The notes beneath the pieces are model-generated. The model ran no database searches and was not told the DNA's origin. It was given only the letters and a program-made list of their open reading frames with translations. The position numbers and the translations under genes are program-made. Shown here piece by piece: positions 17,768-27,932 of a DNA stretch of 64,000 bases. How positions within the stretch are numbered: position 1 is the first letter of the stretch; each line of letters begins with the position of its first letter. Source of the stretch: Actinomycetota bacterium (GTDB taxonomy: Bacteria; Actinomycetota; UBA4738); assembly GCA_050692195.1 (NCBI GenBank), contig JBOGVA010000018.1, positions 19,479 through 83,478 of the forward strand, in the 5' to 3' direction.

Positions 17768-17773
17768 TATACT
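17768..17773 (+). promoter_or_regulatory. -10-like hexamer TATACT for the SRP RNA
   Basis: It lies 7 nt upstream of the inferred SRP RNA 5' end, the first base of the terminal helix at 17781. Confidence 0.35.
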
Positions 17774-17780
17774 CGGCCAC

Positions 17781-18056
17781 GGTGACCGTGCTAGGTGGGG
17801 AGCTAGCGGTGCCCTGTACCCGCAACCCGCTCTAGCGGGGCCGATGCCCGCCCGCGGCCCGGATGGCCCGGGAACGCCCCGAGCGTGGCAGCGATGAAGG
17901 CCGGGTCCCGCGCGACGCCAACCTGCGAACCCCGTCAGGACCGGAAGGTAGCAGCGGTAAGCGGGCGCTGGCGGGTGCCGCGGGGTTGCCTGACCGGAGC
18001 TGCCCGCCCGAGTGGCGACCGAGTCGTCCGTGGACAACGGCGGGTGCACGGTCACC
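17781..18056 (+). ncRNA. ffs: Signal recognition particle RNA, large (Bacillus-type, with Alu domain)
   Basis: Domain IV motif GTCAGGACCGGAAGGTAGCAGC at 17934-17955. The 5' Alu-domain block GGGAGCTAGCGGTGCCCTGTACCCGCAACCCGCTCTAGCGGGGCCGA closely parallels B. subtilis scRNA. The 3' side GTGCCGCGGGGTTGCCTGACCGGAGCT also matches. The terminal helix GGTGACCGTGC / GCACGGTCACC is a perfect 11 bp. Confidence 0.9.
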
Positions 18057-18080
18057 TTATCCTTTGACGTGGAAGGAACC

Positions 18081-19847
18081 ATGGCCGAAGAAGTCGCCCT
18101 CTACCGGAAGTACCGGCCTCAATCCCCGCAGGAGATCCTCGGCCAGGAGCACGTCGTCAGGGCGCTCGTGGGCGCCGTCAGGGAAGAGCGGCTGTCGCAC
18201 GCCTTCCTGTTCTGTGGCCCCCGGGGGACCGGCAAGACGTCCACGGCCCGCATCCTGGCTCGGATGGTCAACTGCGAGAAGGGGCCCACGCCGGAACCCT
18301 GCGGCGTCTGCGAGCAGTGCGTTCGCATCCGCGATGGCTCGCATCTCGACGTCGTGGAGATCGACGCCGCATCCCACGGGGGAGTGGACGACGCCCGGGA
18401 GCTCCGGGAGCGGGCGCCCACCGCTCCCGCCATGGGCAGGGAGAAGGTGTACATCATCGACGAGGCCCAGCGGCTCTCCCGCGAGGCCTTCGACGCGCTG
18501 CTGAAGATCTTCGAGGAGCCTCCACGAGGCGTTCGGTTCGTCCTGGCCACGACGGAGCCGCACAAGATGCCGCCGACCATCGTCGGGCGGTGCCAGCGGT
18601 TCGACTTCCGCAGGGTCGCCACCGAAGTGTTGGCGGAACACCTGGAACGGGTGGCCAAGCAGGAGGGGATGGTCGTGGTCCGGGCTGCGGCCGAAGCGTT
18701 GGCCCGGCAGTCGGAGGGGTCCGTGCGGGACGCGCTGTCGTTGCTCGACCAGAGCGCCGTCCTGGCGGATGGGGAGATCACGGAGGATACCGTTGCCACG
18801 CTGATCGGTGCCCCCCGGACCGACGTCCAGTTCGAGCTGGCGGATGCGATCGCCGTCCACGACACCAACGGGATGTTCCAGATCGTCCACCGCCTGGTTC
18901 AGGAGGGGCACGACTTCCGGCATCTCACCGCCCAGGTCCTGGCGCATTTCCGGGACCTCATGCTGGCCGGTTCGGCACCCGACGAAGCCGCCGTCTTGGA
19001 CGTGGCCCCGGACCAGCACGGCCGGCTGGCGGCGCAGGCAGCGAAGTTCACGACGGCCGAGCTCAGCCGGATCCTGTCGCTGCTCCTTGCGGCCCAGGCC
19101 GACATGCGGTGGACGACGTCGCCCCGGCTGACCCTGGAGCTCGCCATGGTCCGGGCTACCATCCCGGAGGCGGACCCGAACCCCTCCGGCCTGGCAGCGC
19201 GCATCGAACGGCTCGAGCGCCTGGCGGGGGTGGACGTGGGTACCCCCGAGGTCGGCGAGCCCGTGCGAGCCCCCGAGATCGGCGGGCTCGCTCCGCGCGG
19301 CCAGTCCCCACCCAACCCCGCGCTGCGCGAACCCGCCGACCATCACGAGGACTCGGCCGGGGCACCGCCCGCGGCCGACACATCAAGCAGCCACCCAGCA
19401 TCCGCGCTGGTCGACGCTGACATCGGAGAGACCCCGCCGGCGGCCCCGGCCCCTCATGCGCCGAGCACCGGGGCGCTCGACCTCCACGCGATCCGGCGGT
19501 CGTGGCAACAGCTCCTCGACCATCTGCTCGATCGTCGCCAGATGGTCCTGCGGGCCAACCTGGAGTCCGCGACGGCGGCGGCCTATGACGGGGAAACGTT
19601 GGAGCTGGCCTTTCCGCCTGGGAGGAAGTTCTCCGTTCAGAACGTCCAGGCCAGGGAGAACGAGCTTCGTCAGGCTCTGTCTGACGTGTTCGGCGTGTCG
19701 CCGGCGGTCAAGTGCGCCGCCCGGGAGGAAGTACCGGGCATCCAGCTCATCGATGACGAAGAGCCTCCCGCTACCCGAGAGGATGCCGTGGCGCGCCTGA
19801 AGGCGGAGCTGGGGGCGGAGATCGAAGACATCGAGGAGGGCTCGTAG
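18081..19847 (+). CDS. dnaX: DNA polymerase III subunit gamma/tau
   Basis: Start ATG 18081 (MAEEVALYRKYRPQ, GGAAGGA upstream). The track's upstream extension overlaps the SRP RNA. Motifs: GPRGTGKTS, YIIDEAQ, SRC-like TIVGRCQRFDF. Confidence 0.95.
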   Translation: MAEEVALYRKYRPQSPQEILGQEHVVRALVGAVREERLSHAFLFCGPRGTGKTSTARILARMVNCEKGPTPEPCGVCEQCVRIRDGSHLDVVEIDAASHGGVDDARELRERAPTAPAMGREKVYIIDEAQRLSREAFDALLKIFEEPPRGVRFVLATTEPHKMPPTIVGRCQRFDFRRVATEVLAEHLERVAKQEGMVVVRAAAEALARQSEGSVRDALSLLDQSAVLADGEITEDTVATLIGAPRTDVQFELADAIAVHDTNGMFQIVHRLVQEGHDFRHLTAQVLAHFRDLMLAGSAPDEAAVLDVAPDQHGRLAAQAAKFTTAELSRILSLLLAAQADMRWTTSPRLTLELAMVRATIPEADPNPSGLAARIERLERLAGVDVGTPEVGEPVRAPEIGGLAPRGQSPPNPALREPADHHEDSAGAPPAADTSSSHPASALVDADIGETPPAAPAPHAPSTGALDLHAIRRSWQQLLDHLLDRRQMVLRANLESATAAAYDGETLELAFPPGRKFSVQNVQARENELRQALSDVFGVSPAVKCAAREEVPGIQLIDDEEPPATREDAVARLKAELGAEIEDIEEGS

Positions 19848-20441
19848 GTGTTCGAAGGCCCCATTCAGGACCTGATCGACGAGCTATCGAGGCTTCCGGG
19901 GATCGGTCCGAAGTCCGCTCAACGGCTGGCCTTCTACATGGTCAAGGCCTCGGCGCAGGATGCCAGGCGGCTGGCCGAAGCGATCGTGGCGGCCAAGGAG
20001 CGCGTGCGGTTCTGCCGGGAGTGCTTCAGCGTGTCGGAGGGCGAGCTGTGCCGGATCTGTCGCGACCCGGGACGGGATCCTGCCGTCATCTGCGTCGTCG
20101 AGGAGTCGAAGGATCAGGCCGCGATCGAGAAGGCCGGGGTGATCAAGGGCCGGTATCACGTCCTGGGCGGGGCCATCTCGCCCCTCGAAGGGATGGGCCC
20201 GGACGACCTCCGCGTGCAGGAGTTGCTCGACCGGGTCAGCCGCAACGGGGTCCGTGAGGTCATCCTGGCGACGAACCCCAACCTGGAGGGGAACGCCACG
20301 GCCATGTACGTGGCGGCGCTGGTCAAGCCGCTCGGAGTCCGGGTGACCCGGCTGGCCAGCGGCCTTCCCGTGGGGGGTGACCTGGAGTACGCGGACGAGG
20401 TGACTCTAGGTCAGGCCCTCGAGGGTCGCCGCGAGATGTAG
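19848..20441 (+). CDS. recR: recombination protein RecR
   Basis: 197 aa. GTG start directly abuts the dnaX stop. HhH motif [14 protein letters not shown], zinc finger [16 protein letters not shown], then a Toprim domain. Confidence 0.97.
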   Translation: MFEGPIQDLIDELSRLPGIGPKSAQRLAFYMVKASAQDARRLAEAIVAAKERVRFCRECFSVSEGELCRICRDPGRDPAVICVVEESKDQAAIEKAGVIKGRYHVLGGAISPLEGMGPDDLRVQELLDRVSRNGVREVILATNPNLEGNATAMYVAALVKPLGVRVTRLASGLPVGGDLEYADEVTLGQALEGRREM

Positions 20442-20470
20442 TGACCACGTCGGACCGTCCGGCCGAGCGA

Positions 20471-21250
20471 TCAAAGGATCTGCGACAGGAACAGCTTCGT
20501 TCGCTCGTGCTGGGGGTGGCTGAAGAATCGGTCAGGGGTTCCCTCCTCCACGATGAGGCCCTCGTCGAAGAACAGGATCCGGTCGGCCACCTCTTTGGCG
20601 AAGCCGATCTCGTGGGTGATGACGACCATGGTCATGCCGGAGCCGGCCAGCTCTTTCATGACGTCGAGGACTTCCTTGATCATCTCGGGATCGAGCGCGG
20701 ACGTCGGCTCGTCGAACAGCATGATCTTCGGCTCCATGGCGAGGGCGCGGGCGATGGCCACCCGCTGCTGCTGACCCCCGGAGAGCTGGGCCGGGTACTT
20801 GTGGGCCTGCTCGGGGATGCCCACCCGCTCCAGGAGCTGCTCCGCCTTCTGCTCGGCCTTGGCCTTCGGCCACTTGCGGACGTTGCGGGGGGCCAGGGTG
20901 ACGTTCTGCAGGACGGTGAGGTGCGGGAACAGGTTGAAGGACTGGAAGACCATCCCGATCTCGCTGCGGATCCGCTCGATGTTTCGGATGTCGTCGGTCA
21001 TCTCGATGCCGTCTACGACGATCCGGCCGGCGTCGTGCCGCTCCAGCCGATTGATCGTCCGGATGAACGTGGACTTCCCAGAGCCGGACGGACCGATCAC
21101 CACCACGACCTCGCCCCGTTCGATGGTGGTGGTGATGCCCTTCAGGGCCTGGAAGTGGCCGAACCACTTCTTCACGTCCTCGGCGACGATCATCGCCTCC
21201 CCGTCGGTGGCCGGGGCCGTCCCCGCGGCGCGCTCCGCTTCCATCGCCAT
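20471..21250 (-). CDS. aapP: amino acid ABC transporter ATP-binding protein
   Basis: Start ATG 21250, in frame with track ORF 20471..22393. Motifs: [35 protein letters not shown]. Confidence 0.95.
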   Translation of the reverse strand: MAMEAERAAGTAPATDGEAMIVAEDVKKWFGHFQALKGITTTIERGEVVVVIGPSGSGKSTFIRTINRLERHDAGRIVVDGIEMTDDIRNIERIRSEIGMVFQSFNLFPHLTVLQNVTLAPRNVRKWPKAKAEQKAEQLLERVGIPEQAHKYPAQLSGGQQQRVAIARALAMEPKIMLFDEPTSALDPEMIKEVLDVMKELAGSGMTMVVITHEIGFAKEVADRILFFDEGLIVEEGTPDRFFSHPQHERTKLFLSQIL

Positions 21251-21252
21251 GC

Positions 21253-22521
21253 CTATCGCTCTCCCAAGCCGACCCGTCTCTCCACCCGCTGGCTCCACCT
21301 CGACATCGAGAAGGCAACGATCCAGAAGAGAAAGGCCGCAGCCAGCAACGCCTCCGGCTGGCGCCCGATGAACTCGAGCTGTGACGGAGCCCGCCTGGCC
21401 ACGGCGAGCAGCTCGGCCAGCCCCAGCACCGCGATCAGCGAGGTGTCTTTGAACAGGCTGATGAAGTGGCTGATCATCGCGGGGATCGTGGACCGCAGCG
21501 CCTGGGGCAGGATCACCAGCGCCATCATCCGCGTTGGATGCAGCCCGAGGGCGCGGGCGGCCTCGTACTGGCCGCTCGGGACTCCCTGGAGCCCGCCCCG
21601 GACGATCTCCGCGACGTAGGCGGAGCTGAAGATGACGAACATGGCCATGGCCCTGACGATCCTGGCGAACTGCATCCCCGGCGGGAGGAGGAGGGGAAGG
21701 ATGAACTCCCCGAAGATGATCAGAGCGACCAGGGGGACCCCCCGGATGAACTCGATGAACCCCACGCTGAACAGGCTGACGGCGGGCAGGCTGCTCCGGC
21801 GCCCCAGGCCGAGGAGGATCCCGATGGGGAACGAGAGGAAGATCGCCACCACCGCCAGGAGGATGTTCAGCACGAATCCCCCCCAGAGCTGGGGAGGGAC
21901 TCCGCCCAGGATCCGGAGGAACACGATGACGATGGGGAAGGCCAGAGCCCAGGCCACACCGAGCGGCAGCCGGAGACGCGATCCGCCCAGGCGTCCGGCC
22001 ACGACGCCCGCGGCGTACACGGCGACCATCGCCACGATGAGCGCCCAGACCTTGAGCCCGTCCAGCAAGTAGGCCAGTGCGAAGACCAACAACCCCGCGA
22101 GCACGGTCCGGAGGATGGCCTTCCGGGGCGTCCACTGGAGGCGCAATCCGGACACGCCCCACGACAGCCCCGCCAGCAGCACCACGTAGAAGCCCGAGGC
22201 CCAGACCCATTCGATCTCTGTTGCGGGGAACCGGCCCACCATGTACAGACGGAGGTTCGCCTTGACCACCGTCCAGTCGGCGGTGAAGAACACCCACCGA
22301 ATCAGGCGGTAGGCAAGGTAGAGGCCCCCGGCTCCGACCACCACGGTGAGGAGCCCGTTGAACCAACTGGAGAACAGGTTCACCCGGATCCACTCCCCCG
22401 GCGTGGCCGGCTCCTTGGAGGGGGCGATCTCAACGGCGCGCTCCTCCCTCCCCATGAGGAGGGTGGTGTCGACGTCGGGCGGGAGGGATCCCACGGGCCC
22501 GCGATCCCCGAGCCCCGTCAC
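21253..22521 (-). CDS. aapM: amino acid ABC transporter permease (AapM/BztC-like)
   Basis: GTG 22521 in a GTGA overlap with the upstream permease stop (alternative ATG about 22455). Multi-TM protein with an EAA-type loop: [25 protein letters not shown]. Confidence 0.88.
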   Translation of the reverse strand: MTGLGDRGPVGSLPPDVDTTLLMGREERAVEIAPSKEPATPGEWIRVNLFSSWFNGLLTVVVGAGGLYLAYRLIRWVFFTADWTVVKANLRLYMVGRFPATEIEWVWASGFYVVLLAGLSWGVSGLRLQWTPRKAILRTVLAGLLVFALAYLLDGLKVWALIVAMVAVYAAGVVAGRLGGSRLRLPLGVAWALAFPIVIVFLRILGGVPPQLWGGFVLNILLAVVAIFLSFPIGILLGLGRRSSLPAVSLFSVGFIEFIRGVPLVALIIFGEFILPLLLPPGMQFARIVRAMAMFVIFSSAYVAEIVRGGLQGVPSGQYEAARALGLHPTRMMALVILPQALRSTIPAMISHFISLFKDTSLIAVLGLAELLAVARRAPSQLEFIGRQPEALLAAAFLFWIVAFSMSRWSQRVERRVGLGER

Positions 22522-23702
22522 CGCTGTTCCCCCCTCCTGCTCACCGCGCGGTTGAGGATGTTCATGAAGAAGGAGATGAACAGGCTCATCACCAGGTAGC
22601 TTCCCATCACGATGAGCAGCATCTGGGTGGCCCGCCCCGACTGGTTCATGATCGTCCTGGAGATGGACACCAGGTCCGGATAGGCGATGGCCACGGCGAG
22701 GCTGGAGTTCTTGGCCAGGTTCAGGTACTGGCTGTTGATCGGCGGGAGGGCGATCCGCAGGGCCTGGGGCAGCACGACGAACCGGAGCTGCTGTGCGGGG
22801 GTGAGGCCGATGGCCTCGGCCGCCTCCTTCTGTCCCTTCGGGACGGCCAGGATGCTTCCGCGGACGATCTCTGCGACGAAGGCGGACGTGTAGATGACCA
22901 GGGCCGCGAGGAGCGCCGCATACTGGGGGCTCATCTGAAAGCCGCCCCGGTATCCGCGGAGAAGCGCCTCGGGCACGTCGATCCGGATCGGGTTCCCCGA
23001 GGCGACGTACCCGGCAGCCGCCACGACGACGAACGCTCCACACGACCACAGGACGCGGTGGTGAGCCCTACCGGTCCGCTCGTTGACGCGGGTCCTCCAT
23101 CGCCACGTCAGCGCGGCCGCGGCAACACCTCCCAGAAGGAACAACCCCCAGGTTCCCGACCCCTCCGTTGCGCGGAGCCAGGGGATGGCCGCTCCCCGGT
23201 TCGACAGGAAGGCCACGCCGCCAAGGGAGAGCCCTCCTCCGATCGCGGGCAGCACCCGGCCGATCAGCACGGCCATGAAGATGATCTGGATCAGGACCGG
23301 GGTGTTGCGGATGGCTTCCACGTAGACCTGGGCGACCTTCCGGAGCAGCCAGTTCGGAGAGAGCCTGGCCACCCCGATCACCAGGCCGAGGATGCTGGTG
23401 AGCAGGATACCCACGCTGGCCACTCGGATGGTGTTCACCACGCCCACTTGGTAGGCGCGGAGGAAGCTCTGGTTCGGGCTGTACGTGATCCCCTCCCCGA
23501 TCCCGAATCCCGCCCGACGCTGCAGGAAGTCGAACGACAGGTCCAGTCCGAGGCGGCGGATCTGGAACTCGAGGTTCAGGTACAGCTCGCGGAGGACCAG
23601 GAACAGGACGATGACGAAGACCACTTGGCCGAGCACGCGCAGGATGCGGACGTTCCGCCAGAACGGCGGTCTGTGCGGGCGAGCCACGGCGACCTGGGCC
23701 AC
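22518..23702 (-). CDS. aapQ: amino acid ABC transporter permease (AapQ/BztB-like)
   Basis: 394 aa, multi-TM, with the loop KEAAEAIGLTPAQQLRFVVLPQALR. Confidence 0.9.
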   Translation of the reverse strand: MAQVAVARPHRPPFWRNVRILRVLGQVVFVIVLFLVLRELYLNLEFQIRRLGLDLSFDFLQRRAGFGIGEGITYSPNQSFLRAYQVGVVNTIRVASVGILLTSILGLVIGVARLSPNWLLRKVAQVYVEAIRNTPVLIQIIFMAVLIGRVLPAIGGGLSLGGVAFLSNRGAAIPWLRATEGSGTWGLFLLGGVAAAALTWRWRTRVNERTGRAHHRVLWSCGAFVVVAAAGYVASGNPIRIDVPEALLRGYRGGFQMSPQYAALLAALVIYTSAFVAEIVRGSILAVPKGQKEAAEAIGLTPAQQLRFVVLPQALRIALPPINSQYLNLAKNSSLAVAIAYPDLVSISRTIMNQSGRATQMLLIVMGSYLVMSLFISFFMNILNRAVSRRGEQR

Positions 23703-23717
23703 TGGACGAAACGATAG

Positions 23718-23753
23718 GACGCGGGGCCGGTCAACGCGACCCGGCCCCGCGTC
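23718..23753 (-). promoter_or_regulatory. Intercistronic 13-bp GC hairpin between the binding-protein and permease genes
   Basis: GACGCGGGGCCGG (23718-23730), a 10-nt loop, then CCGGCCCCGCGTC (23741-23753), in the 66-nt gap between aapJ and aapQ. Confidence 0.5.
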
Positions 23754-23768
23754 ACGCAGCCTGTCGGT

Positions 23769-24869
23769 TTACCGGAACGGCATGGCGTACTGGATCCCGC
23801 CCTCCGTCCAGAGGGCGTTGATGTCGCGCTGGAGGCCGAGAGGCGTGTCGGGCCCGATGGTCCGGTCGAAGATCTCACCGTAGTTTCCCACGGCCCTGAT
23901 CACGTCCTGCATGAAGTCGAAGTCCAGGGCCAGGCCGGGGTCGGTGACCTCACCGCCCTGGAACGGCACGCCCAGCAGCGCGGCGACCTGCGGGTCCGGA
24001 GGCTCGGCCGCCATCTGGTCGACGTTCTGGGTGGTCACCCCGAGCTCCTCGGCCAGGATGACCCCATTGACCACCCAGTTCACGGCGTCGAACCACTGAG
24101 GGTCCCCGTCGAGGACGGCAGGAGCGAGGGGCTCCTTGGACATGACGTCGGGGAGGATCGTCAGCGCCTCTGGGCCGCCTTCCCCTTCCGGCCACTGGCT
24201 CCGGATGCCGGCGAGCTGGGACCGGTCGGAGGTCCAGCCGTCGCACTGCCCGGCGATGAAGGCCTCCTGGACCTGAGGGTTCTCCTCGAAGGTCAATGGG
24301 GTAAAGCTCAGGCCCAGCTTCTGGAAGTAGTCCGCCACGTTCAGCTCCGTGGTGGTCCCGGTCGTATTGCAGATGGTCGTGCCCTCCATCTCGCTCACGG
24401 CCGAGAACTCCCCGGTCCGGACCATCATCCCCTGGCCGTCGTAGAAGTTGGCGTGGGCGAAGTTGAGCCCCAGGGACCCGTCCCGGCTGCTGGTCCAGGT
24501 GGTGTTGCGGACCAGCACGTCGTACTGGCCGGCCCGCAGGGCGTTGAACCGCTCCTCCGCGGTCACCGGAACCAGCTCGTGGGCCGCCGGATCGCCCAGC
24601 ACGGCTGCGGCGATCGCCCTGCAGAACTCGATGTCGAACCCCTCGATCTCGTTCGTGTCGGGGTTCAGAAATCCGAACCCGGGGACCGTCTGGTTGACCC
24701 CGCAACGGAGGGTGCCCCGCGCCTTCACCTGGTCCAGCAGGCTCTCCTGCGCGACCTGGCCGGGGTCGGCCTGGCCGTTGCCGTCGCCTTCGTCCCGGGT
24801 ACAGGCCGCGGCGACCAGGGCGACCAAGAACGTGAGCACCGCGGCTCTGGCCCAGACACCTCGTGGCAT
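23769..24869 (-). CDS. aapJ: amino acid ABC transporter substrate-binding lipoprotein (AapJ/BztA-like)
   Basis: 366 aa with a strong SD (AAAGGAGGA), lipobox LVALVAAAC, and a type-3 SBP pattern (GTLRCGV...GFDIEFCRAIAAAV). Confidence 0.9.
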   Translation of the reverse strand: MPRGVWARAAVLTFLVALVAAACTRDEGDGNGQADPGQVAQESLLDQVKARGTLRCGVNQTVPGFGFLNPDTNEIEGFDIEFCRAIAAAVLGDPAAHELVPVTAEERFNALRAGQYDVLVRNTTWTSSRDGSLGLNFAHANFYDGQGMMVRTGEFSAVSEMEGTTICNTTGTTTELNVADYFQKLGLSFTPLTFEENPQVQEAFIAGQCDGWTSDRSQLAGIRSQWPEGEGGPEALTILPDVMSKEPLAPAVLDGDPQWFDAVNWVVNGVILAEELGVTTQNVDQMAAEPPDPQVAALLGVPFQGGEVTDPGLALDFDFMQDVIRAVGNYGEIFDRTIGPDTPLGLQRDINALWTEGGIQYAMPFR

Positions 24870-25080
24870 GGCGTTCCTCCTTTCATCGCTACGCGGACGG
24901 CATGCAGGCAGGGGAGGCCCGCGGAATCGAAGAGGCCGCCGCGTACTGGGTCTAGCTTACTGACGCGCCCCGCCCCTCGCGACCCCCGCCGACCACAGCA
25001 GGCCCGGCCAAGGTTCGGGCATCCAGATGCGCGCCCGAGCCTCCGTCGTTCGGAGAAGGGTTCGCGCTACGCTCCGTGGC

Positions 25081-26322
25081 GTGACCGTGATCGTGCAGAA
25101 GTACGGAGGCACCTCGGTGGCCGATGCGGGAAGGATCCGTGCCGTGGCCGACAGGGTAGTCGCGGCGAAGCGGGCCGGCCATGACGTGGTCGTCGTCGTC
25201 TCGGCCATGGGCGACACCACCGACCGCCTCTCGGGCATGGCTCACGAGCTCGCACCGATGCCGAACCCTCGCGAGCTCGACCTCCTCCTCACCGCCGGCG
25301 AGCGGATCGCGATGTCGCTGCTGGCGGTGGCCATCAACGCCGCCGGCGAGCCGGCCGCTTCGTATACCGGATCGCAGGCGGGGATCATCACCGACACGGC
25401 CCACGGCAAGGCCAAGATCATCGACATCAGGCCGGGGCGGATCATGGACGCGCTGTCCCGGGGGAACATCGTGATCGTGGCCGGCTTCCAGGGGGTCTCC
25501 ACGGCCTACGATGTGACCACGCTGGGGAGGGGCGGATCCGATACCACCGCGGTGGCTCTGGCGGCGTCGCTTGGCGCGGAGTTCTGCGAGATCTACACCG
25601 ACGTCCCCGGCGTCTTCACCGCCGATCCCCGCATCGTGCCGGAGGCTCGAAAGCTCCACGCGGTGTCCTACGAGGAGATGCTGGAGCTGGCGGCGTCGGG
25701 GGCCAATGTCCTCCAGCTTCGATCCGTGGAGTACGCTCGGGCCCACGGCGTGAAGGTCCACGTGCGGTCGTCGTTCACCGCCGAGACGGGGACGTGGATC
25801 ACCGAGGAGGACGTTCGAATGGAGCACGCCATCATCTCCGGCGTGGCCGCCGACGACTCGGAGGCCAAGGTCACGGTGGCGGATGTCCCCGACCGCCCGG
25901 GGGTGGCCGCGGCGATCTTCAGGGCAGTGGCCGAGGAGGGCGCCGGCCTGGACATGATCGTGCAGAACGTGGGGAGAGACGGGCGCAACGACGTCTCGTT
26001 CCTGGTGCCAAAGGCGGATCTGCCCCGCATCTCAGCGCTCATGGAACGGGTCGTCGAGGAAGTGGAGGGAGGGGGTCACACCCTGGATGACGGGATCGCC
26101 AAGGTCTCCCTGGTCGGCGCGGGCATCAAGAGCCACCCGGCGGTGGTGGCCGACATGTTCGCTGCGTTGGGCGAGGAGGGGATCAACATCGAGATGATCT
26201 CCACGTCGTCGATCCGAGTCTCCTGCGTGATCAGGGCCGCCGATGCCGATCGTGCCGTGCGAGCCATCCACGCGAAGTTCGAGCTGGGAGGGGATGGTCC
26301 GGCCCTGAGGGAACACGAATGA
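25081..26322 (+). CDS. ask: aspartate kinase
   Basis: [14 protein letters not shown]... with two C-terminal ACT domains. GTG 25081 chosen from the typical N-terminus (25087 and the track's 25027 remain possible). No clear SD. Confidence 0.93.
   Translation: MTVIVQKYGGTSVADAGRIRAVADRVVAAKRAGHDVVVVVSAMGDTTDRLSGMAHELAPMPNPRELDLLLTAGERIAMSLLAVAINAAGEPAASYTGSQAGIITDTAHGKAKIIDIRPGRIMDALSRGNIVIVAGFQGVSTAYDVTTLGRGGSDTTAVALAASLGAEFCEIYTDVPGVFTADPRIVPEARKLHAVSYEEMLELAASGANVLQLRSVEYARAHGVKVHVRSSFTAETGTWITEEDVRMEHAIISGVAADDSEAKVTVADVPDRPGVAAAIFRAVAEEGAGLDMIVQNVGRDGRNDVSFLVPKADLPRISALMERVVEEVEGGGHTLDDGIAKVSLVGAGIKSHPAVVADMFAALGEEGINIEMISTSSIRVSCVIRAADADRAVRAIHAKFELGGDGPALREHE
25819..26322 (+). CDS. candidate in-frame internal start for the aspartokinase beta (ACT-domain) subunit
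   Basis: ATG 25819 ([20 protein letters not shown]) is preceded by GAGGAGGA with a 7-nt spacer. This is the same position as the lysC-beta start described in Corynebacterium, Mycobacterium and Bacillus. Confidence 0.4.
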   Translation: MEHAIISGVAADDSEAKVTVADVPDRPGVAAAIFRAVAEEGAGLDMIVQNVGRDGRNDVSFLVPKADLPRISALMERVVEEVEGGGHTLDDGIAKVSLVGAGIKSHPAVVADMFAALGEEGINIEMISTSSIRVSCVIRAADADRAVRAIHAKFELGGDGPALREHE

Positions 26323-27353
26323 GGCTCGCGATCGTGGGGGCCACCGGGGCCGTGGGGCGGGAGATGGTCCGCATCCTGGAGGAGCGGCATTTCCCTCTGG
26401 ACGAGCTGATCCTCCTGGCTTCGCCCCGTTCAGACGGCAAGCGTCTCGAGTTCCGGGGCGAGCGGGTCACGGTGCGAGCCCTCGCGGAGCGGTGGTTCGA
26501 CGGGATCGACCTCGCCCTGACCACGGCGGGAAGTGCCGTGGCCCGCGAAGTCGTCCCTCCGGCCGCGGCGGCGGGGACCGTGTGCGTGGACAACTCCTCG
26601 GCCTTCCGGATGGACCCGGAAGTGCCCTTGATCATCCCGGAGATCAACCCGGAGGCGCTCGAGCACCACAACGGGATCGTGGCGAACGGGAATTGCACCG
26701 CCATCACCGCGCTCATGCCGCTCGCGCCCCTGCACCGGGCCTTCGGCCTCCGCTTCCTGGTGACCTCGTCGTATCAGTCGGTGTCGGGCTCGGGGATGAA
26801 GGGCGTGCGCGAGCTGGCCGAGCAGATCGAGAAGCTTCACGGCCTGGAGGAGACGCTGGGCCGTCCCGACCCGGCCGCGCTCCCTCTCGGGGAGGTGTTC
26901 GCTCGAACGATCGCCTACAACGTCATCCCGCTCTGCGAGAGGCCCGATCCCGAAGGCTCCGGCTTCACCACCGAAGAGCTCAAGATGGGCCAGGAGGTCG
27001 CCAAGGTCCTGGGGATCCCGAACCTGAAGACCCTTGCCACCGCGGTCCGCGTGCCGGTGGTGGCGGGCCACGGCGTGTCGATCTACGCGGAATTCGAGCG
27101 TGCCCTCTCGGCCGATGCGGCTCGCGAAGTCCTGGGCGGAGCCTCGGCGGTGCGGGTCGTCGACGACCTCGGGAGCGGCGTCTTCCCCACACCGCTCGAC
27201 GCCGCGGGCATCGACGACGTCTTGGTCGGGCGGATCCGCCAGCCGGCCGGCGACGACCACGCACTGCTCCTGTTCGCGGTGGGAGACAACCTTCGAAAGG
27301 GCGCCGCCCTCAACGCCGTCCAGATCGCCGAGTTGCTGGTGGCCCGCTCCTAG
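26319..27353 (+). CDS. asd: aspartate-semialdehyde dehydrogenase
   Basis: 344 aa with an ATGA overlap onto ask. Motifs: [15 protein letters not shown] (catalytic Cys), SYQSVSGSG. Confidence 0.97.
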   Translation: MRLAIVGATGAVGREMVRILEERHFPLDELILLASPRSDGKRLEFRGERVTVRALAERWFDGIDLALTTAGSAVAREVVPPAAAAGTVCVDNSSAFRMDPEVPLIIPEINPEALEHHNGIVANGNCTAITALMPLAPLHRAFGLRFLVTSSYQSVSGSGMKGVRELAEQIEKLHGLEETLGRPDPAALPLGEVFARTIAYNVIPLCERPDPEGSGFTTEELKMGQEVAKVLGIPNLKTLATAVRVPVVAGHGVSIYAEFERALSADAAREVLGGASAVRVVDDLGSGVFPTPLDAAGIDDVLVGRIRQPAGDDHALLLFAVGDNLRKGAALNAVQIAELLVARS

Positions 27354-27360
27354 ATCCCCT

Positions 27361-27387
27361 GGAACCCTCCGCAGGACCTGCGCGTCT
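27361..27387 (+). promoter_or_regulatory. ECF-type promoter candidate (GGAAC-N17-CGTCT)
   Basis: GGAAC at 27361-27365, a 17-nt spacer, then CGTCT at 27383-27387, about 24 nt upstream of the sigma-factor GTG at 27411. Confidence 0.45.
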
Positions 27388-27410
27388 TGAGTCTCGAGAG
27401 GAGGGAGCGT

Positions 27411-27932
27411 GTGGGCGGCTCCTCGACGGTGCGGGAGCAGGTGCTGGAGCAGCGAGAGGGGAACCGGCTCGACGAGCTGTATCGCCTGCACGCGCCCGAC
27501 GCGTTGCGCTTGGCGTACCTGCTGACAGGGGATTGTAGCCTGGCCGAAGACCTCAGCCAGGACGCGTTCGTTCGGGTGCTCGGGAGATTCCGGGATCTTC
27601 GGAATCCAGAGGCGTTCTGGTGGTACCTGCGCAGGACGGTGGTCAACCTGGCCAACTCGCACTTCCGCCGGAGCAGGGTGGAGAGGGCCTACCTGGAGCG
27701 GGAAGCGGCCCAGCCGGCTCCGGCAGGGCCCGACATGGACGAGCGCCACAGCACGCGTCAGGCGCTCTTTGCCCTCAATCCCGAACACCGGGCCGCCGTG
27801 GTCCTTCGCTACTACGAGGACCTGACCGAGGCACAGACGGCGGAGCTCCTGGGATGGCCGGTGGGCACGGTGAAGTCGACCGTCTCTCGAGCGATGGAGC
27901 GGCTCCGCAAGGAGCTGACGCCAGGTGGGTGA
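27411..27932 (+). CDS. ECF (sigma-70 family group 4) RNA polymerase sigma factor
   Basis: GTG 27411 after GGAGGGAG; the track's TTG 27387 lies inside the putative promoter. Region 2: DLSQDAFVRV. Region 4: LTEAQTAELLGWPVGTVKSTVSRAMERLR. Confidence 0.9.
   Translation: MGGSSTVREQVLEQREGNRLDELYRLHAPDALRLAYLLTGDCSLAEDLSQDAFVRVLGRFRDLRNPEAFWWYLRRTVVNLANSHFRRSRVERAYLEREAAQPAPAGPDMDERHSTRQALFALNPEHRAAVVLRYYEDLTEAQTAELLGWPVGTVKSTVSRAMERLRKELTPGG

Noticed and set aside
18081-19847. Programmed frameshift or slippery site in dnaX for the gamma subunit.
   Set aside because: I saw no A-rich heptamer or A-run in the gene, so I cannot support a claim.
24870-25080. Possible riboswitch or leader in the 210-nt aapJ/ask divergent region.
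   Set aside because: It contains some GC hairpins, but I recognise no conserved riboswitch core (no L-box, SAM, TPP or glycine motifs). Evidence is insufficient.
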